Assembly (NCBI GenBank): GCA_021785805.1
Contig: JAJYEJ010000001.1
Span: forward strand, 1,940 to 65,939
DNA length: 64,000 nucleotides
Origin: Candidatus Micrarchaeota archaeon
GTDB lineage: Archaea > Micrarchaeota > Micrarchaeia > Micrarchaeales > Micrarchaeaceae
Direction of reading: 5' to 3'
Below the pieces are notes generated by a model. That model had not been told where the DNA came from, made no database searches, and was given only the letters and a program-made list of their open reading frames with translations. The translations under genes and the position numbers were made by a program. Below, one piece after another: positions 27,669 through 37,468 of this stretch; positions within the stretch are counted from its first letter, which is position 1; each line of letters starts with the position of its first letter.

Positions 27669-30107
27669 TCATGCCTTTATGTTGACAGAGAAGTCCTTCG
27701 CTTCCTTCACCTCTATCGCAGACGATTTACATATCTGCCTTATTTCGTCCTTCGCCGATAGGGTTACAGTATAGTATTCTTTAGGAACATTTATATTAAT
27801 TGATGTTATCTGCGCGTTGAGTGCGAGCTTGGCCTGCGACTTCAGTTTCCTGACCTCCGCTATCACCACGTTGAGGAAAGTGCCTGCACTCTCGAAGTCT
27901 ACGTCCACGATAGCACTCTTGAACACCATGCCGTTTATCACGTAGCTGGATTTCGTAGCCTTCTCCGTGAAAGCTGGAAACTCCTCCTCGAAGATGCTCT
28001 TCTTGCTGAATGCCGAGTTTATCTCCTCGCAAAGGAATGGCGCGACCGGAGCCAACAGCCTGAGAGATGTGAGCAGCACATGCTTGAGCGTGAAGAGCGC
28101 GGCCTCCTTGCTCCGCTCCATGTCCTTCTCCTCTGAATATACCCTGTGCTTTACGTTCTCTATGTAATAGTCGGCGAACTCGTGCCAGTAGAATGATATC
28201 GCCTTGGACATCGCGTCGTAGAGCACGAACCTGTCGTATGCCTCTCCAACCTCCCTTATGGTCTCGTTTAGCCTGTTGAGTATCCATACGTCGAACACCG
28301 CCAGGTCGCCATGAGGCTCCTCTTTAGGCACCTTGCCCTTCGACAGGGCAGTGTTGACGAAGTTAGCCGTATTGAACAGCTTCGTCAGGAAGCTCTTCGC
28401 ATAGTCCATCTCGGCATATGAGAACGGGCGATCCTTGCCTATTGCGCCGCTGAGCGCAACCCAGAGCCTTATCGCGTCTGCAGGGTACTTGGTTATAAGC
28501 TCGGCAGGGTATACGCCGTTGCCCATGCTCTTGTGCATCTCCTTGCCATCCGTGCCAAGCACCATCCCATGGGCAAGAATCTTCTCCCATGGTTTGTCAC
28601 CGGTAAGCGCCATTGTCCTGTAGATAGTGTAGAATGCCCATGTCCTTATTATGTCAGTTCCCTGTATCCTCATGGCGCTCGGGAATGCGCGTTCGAACAA
28701 CTTTTTATCATCCGGCCATCCGGCTATGACCATCGAGGTTATCGATGTGTCTATCCAACCGTCAAGCGTTTCTTTCGTTCCGACAATCTGCCCACCGCAC
28801 TTCGGGCACTCGCTAATATATGGCTTCTTTGATGTCGGGTCTAGAGGAAGGTCCTCCTTCTTCGGAGGCACTATGTGGCTGCACTTCTCGCAATACCAGA
28901 ACGGCATCGGCGTCCCGAATACCCTGTTGCGCGTTATCGCCCAATCCCACTCTATGAAGTTAGCCCAGTCCTCCAACCTCTGTCTGGTGTGCTCAGGTAT
29001 CCACCCTACAGCCTTTGCGGTCTCCTTGATCCGCTCTGCGCTGTCCTTTATCTTCAGGAACCACTGAGAGTTCGATATCAGTTCGATCGGAGTCTGGCAG
29101 CGGTCATGGACCTTTACGATGTGCTTTATGTTCTCCTTCTTCACCAGAGCTCCGGCGCCGGTCAGTGCGCCGATTATCGCCTCTCTGGCCTTCTTCACAT
29201 GAGTCCCGTCGAACTTGCCGGCGTTTGTCAGCAGCCCGTTGATGTTCATGGCGGGCACTAGCTTGAGCTTATGCTTGTAGTACATATTGATATCGCGCTT
29301 ATCTCCGAACGTGCATACCATCTCCGCTCCTGTGCCGAACTCTATATCGACAGCCTCATCCCCTATGATCATGACCTCGTTCCCGAAGACAGGCACCTCT
29401 ATGCTGCTCCCTATGAGCTTCGAGTACCTCTTGTCAGACGGGTTCACTGCCACGGCAACGGCGGCATGCATAAGCTCCGGCCTTGTAGTCGCTATCGTCA
29501 GGCTCTTCTGGTCTTTGTCCTTTAGCCTGAAATTAACGTAATATAGGACAGTCTCCTTCTCCCTCTCCTCTGCCTGTTCCCTGGATATCGCACTGGAGCA
29601 ATAGACGCACCATTCTATCGGGTGCTCCGCCCTATACAGCATGCCCTTCTCGTACATCATAAGCACAGACAGTTGCACCTTCCTTACATATTCCTTGTCC
29701 GTTGTCCTATACTCCAGGCTCTCGTCGAATGAAGCGCCTAGCTTTAACATCCATTCTTTCATGTCGTTCTTGTTAGTTTCCGATACCTCAACGCACTTGT
29801 TGTAGAACTCCTCCCTGCTGAGCTTCTTGCCGTATTTCTTCTCGGTCTCTATCTCCGTAGGGAAGCCGTGCTCGTCCCAACCCACAGGGTATAACACGTT
29901 GAATCCCCTGGCCCGCTTGTACCTTGCAATTGTGTCTACGTAGCATGTCCAGAATGCATGACCCATATGAAGACCGCCGGTAGTATTAGGCGGTGGCGTA
30001 TCGATCACGAATAGGGCCCTCTTGTCATCCTTCCTGTCGAATGCATGGAGCTTGCGCTGCTTCCATAAGTCTCTCCACTTTCCAGGGTTTTCGCTGTACA
30101 TAAACAC
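27669..30107 (-). CDS. valS: valyl-tRNA synthetase
   Basis: Class Ia motifs PPPNTTGGLHMGHA and KMHKSMGN, with a CP1 editing-domain-sized insert. The 812-aa length is in the archaeal ValRS range. Confidence 0.85.
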   Translation of the reverse strand: MFMYSENPGKWRDLWKQRKLHAFDRKDDKRALFVIDTPPPNTTGGLHMGHAFWTCYVDTIARYKRARGFNVLYPVGWDEHGFPTEIETEKKYGKKLSREEFYNKCVEVSETNKNDMKEWMLKLGASFDESLEYRTTDKEYVRKVQLSVLMMYEKGMLYRAEHPIEWCVYCSSAISREQAEEREKETVLYYVNFRLKDKDQKSLTIATTRPELMHAAVAVAVNPSDKRYSKLIGSSIEVPVFGNEVMIIGDEAVDIEFGTGAEMVCTFGDKRDINMYYKHKLKLVPAMNINGLLTNAGKFDGTHVKKAREAIIGALTGAGALVKKENIKHIVKVHDRCQTPIELISNSQWFLKIKDSAERIKETAKAVGWIPEHTRQRLEDWANFIEWDWAITRNRVFGTPMPFWYCEKCSHIVPPKKEDLPLDPTSKKPYISECPKCGGQIVGTKETLDGWIDTSITSMVIAGWPDDKKLFERAFPSAMRIQGTDIIRTWAFYTIYRTMALTGDKPWEKILAHGMVLGTDGKEMHKSMGNGVYPAELITKYPADAIRLWVALSGAIGKDRPFSYAEMDYAKSFLTKLFNTANFVNTALSKGKVPKEEPHGDLAVFDVWILNRLNETIREVGEAYDRFVLYDAMSKAISFYWHEFADYYIENVKHRVYSEEKDMERSKEAALFTLKHVLLTSLRLLAPVAPFLCEEINSAFSKKSIFEEEFPAFTEKATKSSYVINGMVFKSAIVDVDFESAGTFLNVVIAEVRKLKSQAKLALNAQITSININVPKEYYTVTLSAKDEIRQICKSSAIEVKEAKDFSVNIKA

Positions 30108-30202
30108 ACATCGCCCCTAGGCGTGCGCTCAAGTATGGCACTAGAAGAATAATAAAAAGATTCAAATTGGCTAAGCCAGCGCCATAGCTAAAGGTTAGCT
30201 AT

Positions 30203-30514
30203 TCAATTTATTATCTCCCCGAGAGCGAATCTTGCCTTCACTTCGGTTATTCGCACCTTGATGGTGTCTCCGGCACGTGCGCCCTTTACGAAGATGACAA
30301 AACCATCCTTCTTGGCTATGCCATCACCCTTGGAGCCTGCTGCCTCGACCTTTACCTCCACCTCATCGCCCACTTTCACAGGCTTCGGAAGGAAATAGTT
30401 TGGCTTTATATGCATGCCCCCTCTTCTGCCACCTTGCCTTTCACCGTGGCCTTCACCTTCCTCTTCTGAGCCCTCAGCTCTTCCTTCCATCTCTCCTTGT
30501 TCTTCGTCAGACAT
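30203..30514 (-). CDS. TRAM-domain RNA-binding protein with an acidic/Gly-rich N-terminal tail
   Basis: PVKVGDEVEVKVEAAGSKGDGIAKKDGFVIFVKGARAGDTIKVRITEV is a TRAM domain. An alternative start is ATG 30412. Confidence 0.75.
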   Translation of the reverse strand: MSDEEQGEMEGRAEGSEEEGEGHGERQGGRRGGMHIKPNYFLPKPVKVGDEVEVKVEAAGSKGDGIAKKDGFVIFVKGARAGDTIKVRITEVKARFALGEIIN

Positions 30515-30669
30515 TCAAATCCCTGCTCCTACGTAGAATCAGGCTGCAAGCCTTTTACTCCGTATTTGTTAGTATAAGACTAATCCATATTTATAATACT
30601 TTCTATGGCTAACGTCGGTCGTTCTCCGTCTGGCGCGCTACCATGACGGTGTTCTGACTGTCGCTATCG

Positions 30670-31584
30670 CTATTGGTCCTGCCCGTACCTTCTTGCAGCG
30701 ATGCCATGCCAGAATGTCGTATGTTTTAACAATTTTCTGACATGCCTACCCATAAGCGGACGCTTGCTGAAGCCCTTTGACAGCTCGTCCACCTTCCCGA
30801 TGGCGCCTTCGGTGAGATTGAATGTGGCTGCGCCCGCGTTTTCCGCCATGTGCTTTGCGGAGCTGGCTTTCGGTATGGCCACCACAGGCTTCTTCGATAT
30901 GAGCCAGTTGAGAGCCACCTGTGTCCCTGTCTTCCCATGAGGCTCGCCGATCGCGTCAAGTCCCGATAGAAGAGCCGCATTCCTTCTTTCATAGAGCTGC
31001 CCTTCCCCAAGCGGGCTATATGCTATCAGCGTTATATTGTTCCTCTTACAGTAATCGACAAGCCCGTCCTCTTCATGTTCCCTCATCAGTATGCTGTATT
31101 CTACCTGATTTGAAACTACTTCGCCGTGATTCAGTGCAGCCTGTGCATCCTCAAGCTCCTTAGCGGAGAAATTGCTTACCCCTATGTGGCGTATCTTTCC
31201 CTCTTTCTGGAGATGCTCGAGAGCTGACATCGTATCTTCGATGGGGACGGTGTAATTCGGATAATGCAGTTGGTATAGCCATATCTGCTTTATGCCAAGC
31301 CGTTTCAGGCTGCCGTTGCAAGCATCTATCAAATCCTGATAATGGAAGTGATTGGGCCATACCTTCGACGCCACGTGTATGTCATCCCGGCCGATTCTGT
31401 CCAGGACCTTTCCGACTATGCCCTCGGTGCCGTATATCTCTGCCGTATCGATTAGGTTTATACCGTTGTCGACACCCGAACAGACGATTTCGTGAGCAGC
31501 CTTTTCGTTCAAGTCCAGCTGCCATGTCCCTATTCCGATCGCAGATATGCGTTCCTTTGTCCTTCCAAGATATTTGTATTCCAC
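30670..31584 (-). CDS. aldo/keto reductase
   Basis: The start YKYLGRTKERISAIGIGTWQL, then IDTAEIYG and an (alpha/beta)8-sized 304 aa. Confidence 0.85.
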   Translation of the reverse strand: MEYKYLGRTKERISAIGIGTWQLDLNEKAAHEIVCSGVDNGINLIDTAEIYGTEGIVGKVLDRIGRDDIHVASKVWPNHFHYQDLIDACNGSLKRLGIKQIWLYQLHYPNYTVPIEDTMSALEHLQKEGKIRHIGVSNFSAKELEDAQAALNHGEVVSNQVEYSILMREHEEDGLVDYCKRNNITLIAYSPLGEGQLYERRNAALLSGLDAIGEPHGKTGTQVALNWLISKKPVVAIPKASSAKHMAENAGAATFNLTEGAIGKVDELSKGFSKRPLMGRHVRKLLKHTTFWHGIAARRYGQDQ

Positions 31585-31618
31585 GGTAAAATCCCGTCTG
31601 GCTTATCCGCTTTATTGC

Positions 31619-32128
31619 CTACCTTATCTTCTCGAGGTGTATACCCTTCTCGTTCGGCAGTATCTTGTATTGCGCATTCTCGAAGTGCAGGGCAAGCTCC
31701 CTGCCCTCATAGAAGACATGGAGGAATACGGAAACGGCTGCGGATGTGCAATGAGGCTGCGTGGTTATGCTTACGTTGAAGTCGGCAAGCTGGTGCACCT
31801 TCTTCATTGGCTCCATCATCGTAACTATGACTAGCAGGTTCTTGTAGGTCTTGAGCGTGTACAACACCTTGTTGAGAGGGACGCCATAGCGCGTAAGATG
31901 TATCTTGGTGTAATTCTTCTTCGAGTAGACGTATTCCTCCCAATTAGTCGTGAACGATACGATGAATGTTCCACCCCATTTCTTGCTTATGCGCTCGAAC
32001 TGCTTTATCAGCTTCTCGCTCTTCTTGCCGGTGAATGTTATCTCTGACGCGCCGAATGCCCTAGCTGCCATGCAGAGGTCCTCACGCGTCTCAGGTGTGG
32101 CGTTACCTATGGCCAATACGCTTATCAT
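31619..32128 (-). CDS. trm56: tRNA (cytidine56-2'-O)-methyltransferase
   Basis: KIHLTRYGV, LADFNVSITTQPHCTSAAVSVFL and KWGGTF align with archaeal Trm56 ([36 protein letters not shown]). The N-terminal RLGHR region is divergent. Confidence 0.7.
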   Translation of the reverse strand: MISVLAIGNATPETREDLCMAARAFGASEITFTGKKSEKLIKQFERISKKWGGTFIVSFTTNWEEYVYSKKNYTKIHLTRYGVPLNKVLYTLKTYKNLLVIVTMMEPMKKVHQLADFNVSITTQPHCTSAAVSVFLHVFYEGRELALHFENAQYKILPNEKGIHLEKIR

Positions 32129-32182
32129 CCGTCATTCACCCACGTTTACAAATGACAGGCAAGCTTAATAAACCTCTTATCT

Positions 32183-34663
32183 TTATACGGCGTTGCCATC
32201 GGTCAGGATGCCTGAGCCTCCAGGATGAGCGTCTGGCATACCGGGAAAGTCCGGAGACAGCTGCACGGTCTTTGCATCCACAAGCTTTGCCCCGGGGTCT
32301 ATGCGCATGAGCCTTACCCCGGATGCAGCCCTTCCGGTCTTCCTTATATCGGATACCGGGAACTGTATCGATAAGCCTTTGGAATTTATTAGTATTATCG
32401 CTTCGTTATCGCTTACCTTTAGGGCCTTGACCACATAGCCTGTCTTGTCCTTTACCTTCATGTTGATTACACCCTTGCCTCCCCTCCCTTGAAGCCTATA
32501 CCTGTTGAGCTCCGTTATCTTCCCGAACCCTTTCTCGGATACGGAAGCGATAAGGTCGTTGGCAGAGGCGGTTATCACATTGACCACATCATCGTCCTGC
32601 GCCAGTTTTATCCCGCGCACGCCGTAAGCTGCCCTTCCCATCTCCCTGACGTCGCTCTCCTCGAAGCGGAGCGCCTTGCCCTTTCTTGACACTATGAGGA
32701 GGTTCGACCTTCCGTTTGATATGCAGATGTCCGCAAGGGAGTCTCCCTGATCGAGCGGCATGGCAAGGATGCCACTGGTCCTGGGCCTTGAGAATCTCTC
32801 CGCCTTCACCCTCTTGACTGTACCCCTCTTCGTAATGAAAGTCAGGTAGCTATCCTGGAACACCTTTGTGTTTATGATCTTTTCCACTACCTCGCCCTCA
32901 GATAACTTGACAAGGTTGACCGCAGCTTTGCCATGGCTGTACCTTGTCTCTTCTGGGACGCGATACGCTTTGAGCCAATAAGCCCTTCCCCTGTTGGTCA
33001 CGATGAGCAGGAAGTCCTTTGTCCTGCATGAGAGTATCTGCTTTACGAAATCCCCCTCTCTGAGTTCTATGGCGATTATGCCTTTGCCACCCCTGCTCTG
33101 TGCACGGTAGGACTTGGTCGGCAGCCTCTTCATATAGTTGTTTTTCGTAAGTATGATCGTCGTCTCATCGTCGCTTATGAGATCCTCTTGCTCCAGCTCC
33201 TCCCCTTCATTATGCTCTATGGATGTGCGCCTGTCCCTACCATACTTCGCGCTGATGTCGCTGGTCTCCTCCTCTATTATCCGATAGACCTTCTCCTCGC
33301 TGGACAGTATGCCTTTGTAGGTCTCGATTCTGGAGGCGAGGTCTGTCTTCTCGGTCGCGAGGGATGTGCTTTCTAATGCGGTAAGCTTGCTGAGCTTCAT
33401 GTCTAGTATGGCATTAGCCTGCTTTTCAGATAAGCTGAAGTTCGACATTAGTGATGCCCTTGCCTCCTTCATGTCGGAGCTTTTCCTGATTGTCGCTACG
33501 ACCCTGTCTATGTCCCCTATCGCCACAAGAAGGCCTTCTACTATGTGCAGCCTGTCCGAGGCGACGTCCAGGTCGTACTTGGTCCTGTTCCTTATGACCT
33601 CTATGCGATGGTCTACGAAGGTCTTGATGAACTGCTTGATGTTGAATGTTATAAGCGAGTTCTTGATCACAGCTATGTTCATCACTGGCATTGATGTCTG
33701 AAGCTGTGTATGCTTGTATAGCGTGTTCGTTATCAGGTCCGGGCTCGCATCCTTCTTCAGGTCGATGGCTATGCGTATCCCTTCCTTGCTGCTCTCGTCC
33801 CTCAGGTCGCTGATCCCCAGGAGCTGCTTATCTTTCACGAGCTCCGCTATCTTCTGGACGAGTGTCGCCTTGTTCACCATGAATGGTATCTCCTTTATCA
33901 CTATAGTCGTGCCTTTCTTTCCGGTCTCTATTTCGACCTTGCCCCGGGTTATGCACGAACCTCTTCCGTTTAGATAGGAGGCGGCGAGCATGCTGTTGTG
34001 GAACACGATTCCCCCGGTTGGGAAATCAGGTCCCTTGACATGTTGCATGAGTTCTTGTGGAGTTATCTCTTTGTTCTTTATGTAAGCGATTATTGCGCTG
34101 CACACCTCACGCAGGTTGTGCGGCAGTATGTTGGTTGCGACGCCCACCGCTATCCCTGATGCCCCATTCACCATGAGATTAGGCACCTTCGATGGAAGCA
34201 CAAGAGGCTCCTCCTCAGTGTTGTCGAAGTTTGGCGCGAACTGGACAGCCTTTTTATCAAGGTCTTCAAGCATCTCCTCAGCGAGCTTGTTTAGCTTGAC
34301 TTCGGTGTAACGCTGGGCAGCCGGTGGATCTCCGTCGATTGAGCCCATATTGCCTTGGCCCTGCACAAGCGTGTGATTCATTGAGAAATCCTGTGCCATC
34401 CTGACAAGGGTCTCATAAGCGGCTATGTCGCCATGCGGGTGGAACCTTCCTATCACGGTACCTACGACCCTTGCGCTCTTTATCGTCGGTTTGTCGTGGG
34501 TGTTGCCTAGCTGCTGCATGGCATATAGTGTTCTCCTCTGCGCAGGCTTGAGCCCGTCTCTTGCATCTGGGAGCGCCCTGCCTACGATTACGCTCATCGC
34601 GTAGTCTATGTAGGAACTCTGCATCTCCCTTTCTATCTGTGATTCAACTATCTCTTCCGTCAT
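32183..34663 (-). CDS. gyrA: DNA gyrase subunit A
   Basis: AMSVIVGRALPDARDGLKPAQRR and the active-site AAQRYTE, plus C-terminal beta-pinwheel repeats. Confidence 0.97.
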   Translation of the reverse strand: MTEEIVESQIEREMQSSYIDYAMSVIVGRALPDARDGLKPAQRRTLYAMQQLGNTHDKPTIKSARVVGTVIGRFHPHGDIAAYETLVRMAQDFSMNHTLVQGQGNMGSIDGDPPAAQRYTEVKLNKLAEEMLEDLDKKAVQFAPNFDNTEEEPLVLPSKVPNLMVNGASGIAVGVATNILPHNLREVCSAIIAYIKNKEITPQELMQHVKGPDFPTGGIVFHNSMLAASYLNGRGSCITRGKVEIETGKKGTTIVIKEIPFMVNKATLVQKIAELVKDKQLLGISDLRDESSKEGIRIAIDLKKDASPDLITNTLYKHTQLQTSMPVMNIAVIKNSLITFNIKQFIKTFVDHRIEVIRNRTKYDLDVASDRLHIVEGLLVAIGDIDRVVATIRKSSDMKEARASLMSNFSLSEKQANAILDMKLSKLTALESTSLATEKTDLASRIETYKGILSSEEKVYRIIEEETSDISAKYGRDRRTSIEHNEGEELEQEDLISDDETTIILTKNNYMKRLPTKSYRAQSRGGKGIIAIELREGDFVKQILSCRTKDFLLIVTNRGRAYWLKAYRVPEETRYSHGKAAVNLVKLSEGEVVEKIINTKVFQDSYLTFITKRGTVKRVKAERFSRPRTSGILAMPLDQGDSLADICISNGRSNLLIVSRKGKALRFEESDVREMGRAAYGVRGIKLAQDDDVVNVITASANDLIASVSEKGFGKITELNRYRLQGRGGKGVINMKVKDKTGYVVKALKVSDNEAIILINSKGLSIQFPVSDIRKTGRAASGVRLMRIDPGAKLVDAKTVQLSPDFPGMPDAHPGGSGILTDGNAV

Positions 34664-34670
34664 GTCAAAC

Positions 34671-35201
34671 TCACAACTCTTTGTACATCAGGTAATCCGG
34701 GTAGTATTTGCCGTTTCTTCTCAGCCTGCGCGGTATGGTGCCTGCTATCTTAAAGCCAAACCTGTCAAGCAGCCTCTTCGATGGGACGTTGCTTGTCATT
34801 ACATATGTTTGTATCAGCGTGAACTTCTTCTTGCTTCGATCCATGACGTCCTTCATAAGGGCCTTGCCTATCCCAATTCCCCTGTAGTCCTTGCGCACCG
34901 TCATGTCCAGTTCCCCCACATGCCCCACCTCAGAGCCGGGCCAATTGCACTTCACATTGCACATCCCAACCACCTCCCCATCGGCTTCCGCTACAGAAGC
35001 TATTGGATTCCCCTTCTCCAGGTCCCTGAACCACCATATCTCCGTTTGCAGCAATTCCCCTTCTGTAGGTTTCTTCTTGGCCAATGCCTCTCCGAGAAGC
35101 GGGGTGCGCTTCTCTCCATAAAGGGAGCGGTATAGCCTTGCAATGCTGAGGATATCGTCTATCCCCATCTGGCGTATCCTATATCCCTGTTTGCGCTGCA
35201 T
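34671..35201 (-). CDS. GNAT-family N-acetyltransferase
   Basis: RGIGIGKALM acetyl-CoA binding motif, 176 aa. It is inserted between gyrB and gyrA. Confidence 0.8.
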   Translation of the reverse strand: MQRKQGYRIRQMGIDDILSIARLYRSLYGEKRTPLLGEALAKKKPTEGELLQTEIWWFRDLEKGNPIASVAEADGEVVGMCNVKCNWPGSEVGHVGELDMTVRKDYRGIGIGKALMKDVMDRSKKKFTLIQTYVMTSNVPSKRLLDRFGFKIAGTIPRRLRRNGKYYPDYLMYKEL

Positions 35202-35205
35202 TGAA

Positions 35206-37131
35206 TCACACGTCGAGGAACTTCACTTCAGTGGAGTGCTCCTCAAGGAAGCGCCTCCTCTGTTCCACATCAAGTCCCATTAGTATCGTGAACATCGTGT
35301 TGGCCATCTCAGTATCGCCGATTGTTATCTTCTTAAGGACCCTGTGCTTTGGATCCATGGTTGTTTCCCATAGCTGGTCAGGATTCATCTCTCCGAGACC
35401 CTTGTACCTCTGCACCGTCGCTTTACCATCGTATGCTTTCATAATCTCGTTTAGCTGAGCATCGGAGTAGGCATACTTTGTCTCCCTGCCCTTCGTCACC
35501 TTGTAGAGCGGAGGTTGCCCTATGTAGATATTGCCTTTTTCTATGAGCGGTCGCAGGTACCTGTAGAAAAACGTGAGCAGAAGGGTTCTTATGTGGCTTC
35601 CATCTACGTCCGCATCGGTAAGCAGTATTATTCTTTTGTACCTTAGCCCTTCAGCATTGAACGATTCCTTTATGCCAGCGCCGAAAGCCGTTACCATCGT
35701 ATGAAGCTCCGCATTCCCGAATATCTTCTCCTCTGTTGCCTTCTCCACGTTTAGTATCTTGCCTTTGAGAGGCAGTATTGCCTGGGTGAACCTGTCACGC
35801 GCCTGCTTGCTCGATCCAGCTGCACTTTCCCCCTCCACTATGAATATCTCGGACTTCTCTGGATCGCTCTCCGTGCAGTCTGCAAGTTTTCCCGGAAGCA
35901 CCGCGCCCTCGAACATGCTCTTCTTCCTTGCAAGCTCCCTGGCCCTACGGGCCGATTCCCTAGCATCGGCGGCAGCCATGACCTTTGCTATTATCTTTGC
36001 AACCTCTGCTGGGGTCTCTTCAAAGTACTTCGATAGTTCGTTGTAGGTGGTGTTCTCCACTACCGTCTTTATCGAAGGGTTGCCAAGCTTCTCCTTTGTC
36101 TGTCCCTCGAATTCAGGGTTCTGCATCATTATAGAGATTATCACCACAAGACCCTCTCGTGTGTCCTCGCCTTCCACATTTGTGCCGTTATCCTTCCCGT
36201 TCCTTTTGTTCTTCTGCATGTAGTTTGTTATTGCCCTCGTCAATGCGCTGTGGAATCCGGTGACATGAGTGCCTCCTTCGGTGGTCTTTATATTGTTGAC
36301 AAATGAAAGCAGCTCCTCGCTGTATGAATTCACATACTGCGCAGCTATCTCCACTCTTACCGTGTCGGTCTGCTTCTTTATCACGATCGGCTTTGTGACC
36401 TCTTCCTTCCCGTTTTTCAGGTAGTTTATGAAATCAGGCATGCCGCTCTTTGAGAAGTACTCCTTAACCTTGTGCTCGCCGTCACGCTCGTCTATCAGGG
36501 TTATGTTTATGCCGGGGTTAAGGAACGACAGATCTCTGAGCCGCTCGGTAAGCTCTATAGTATCGAAGCTCCTTGCCGAAAATATTTCTATATCAGGCTT
36601 GAACTTTATGGTCGTACCGGATTCGTTCTCCGGAGCTGTACCTATGGCCTCGAGCTCCGATGTGACGGCGCCTCTGCTGAACCTCTGCCTATGCACCTTC
36701 CCGTCCCTTTTCACGGTCACTTCGGTGTACTCAGATAAGGAGTTCACCACGGTAAGACCGACCCCATGGAGTCCGCCCGATACCTTGTACGCCTTGTTCT
36801 CGAACTTCCCTCCCGAATGCAACGAGGTCATTATAACTTCGAGAGCGGGCTTTCCCACCTTTGGTATTATATCGACAGGTATGCCTCTGCCGTTATCGTT
36901 GACCTCGGCGACATCTGAGTTGTCCTCCTTGCTGAGCCTTATCACGATCTTGTCTGCGAAGCCGGCAGTTGCTTCGTCTATGGCGTTGTCAAGCACTTCA
37001 TAGAGCAGGTGAAGGAAGCCCCCGCTGCCTGTAGAGCCTATGTACATAGCTGGCCTTTTTCGAACTCCCTGTGGTCCGGAAAGCACCACTATGTCCTTTG
37101 CACTATACTCATTACCCTGCATCAAAACCAT
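35206..37131 (-). CDS. gyrB: DNA gyrase subunit B
   Basis: GHKL ATPase motifs (LYEVLDNAIDE, GLHGVG), Toprim EGESAAGS and PLKGKILNVEKA. Confidence 0.97.
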   Translation of the reverse strand: MVLMQGNEYSAKDIVVLSGPQGVRKRPAMYIGSTGSGGFLHLLYEVLDNAIDEATAGFADKIVIRLSKEDNSDVAEVNDNGRGIPVDIIPKVGKPALEVIMTSLHSGGKFENKAYKVSGGLHGVGLTVVNSLSEYTEVTVKRDGKVHRQRFSRGAVTSELEAIGTAPENESGTTIKFKPDIEIFSARSFDTIELTERLRDLSFLNPGINITLIDERDGEHKVKEYFSKSGMPDFINYLKNGKEEVTKPIVIKKQTDTVRVEIAAQYVNSYSEELLSFVNNIKTTEGGTHVTGFHSALTRAITNYMQKNKRNGKDNGTNVEGEDTREGLVVIISIMMQNPEFEGQTKEKLGNPSIKTVVENTTYNELSKYFEETPAEVAKIIAKVMAAADARESARRARELARKKSMFEGAVLPGKLADCTESDPEKSEIFIVEGESAAGSSKQARDRFTQAILPLKGKILNVEKATEEKIFGNAELHTMVTAFGAGIKESFNAEGLRYKRIILLTDADVDGSHIRTLLLTFFYRYLRPLIEKGNIYIGQPPLYKVTKGRETKYAYSDAQLNEIMKAYDGKATVQRYKGLGEMNPDQLWETTMDPKHRVLKKITIGDTEMANTMFTILMGLDVEQRRRFLEEHSTEVKFLDV

Positions 37132-37338
37132 CGACGGTAAAACGGTTCAAAACTCGCCTTATAATTACTCTGCTTTTCAGCTTTAAAACCCTTTCGGTAC
37201 ATGGTAGTTTTGGATATGGCAGGTGCCGTAAAAATACCGTGGGCTCTGCGCTTAGAAGAGCGCGAGTAGGCTATAAGCATAGACTTAACCTTATGTACCA
37301 CCTTATGTACCAACCGGAGAACGAGCGTGTGCATGAAA

Positions 37339-37413
37339 CGGGTCTGGAGGGATTTGAACCCTCGACCTACTGGTTAAGAGCCAGCCGCTCTGACCATGCT
37401 GAGCTACAGACCC
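37339..37413 (-). tRNA. tRNA-Lys (anticodon CUU)
   Basis: Hand-folded cloverleaf: acceptor GGGTCTG/CAGACCC, D arm GCTC..GAGC, anticodon stem GCTGG/CCAGT with loop CTCTTAA, T arm GAGGG-TTCAAAT-CCCTC. Confidence 0.9.
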
Positions 37414-37468
37414 ACACAGCACTATGCTTGCACATTAACATTTATTAAGTTTCTGAGACTTCGGTAAT

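Noticed and set aside
37289-37312. A tandem duplication of ccttatgtacca (2 x 12 bp) downstream of tRNA-Lys.
   Set aside because: There are only two short copies and no further structure or partner sequence. It is most simply explained as replication slippage.
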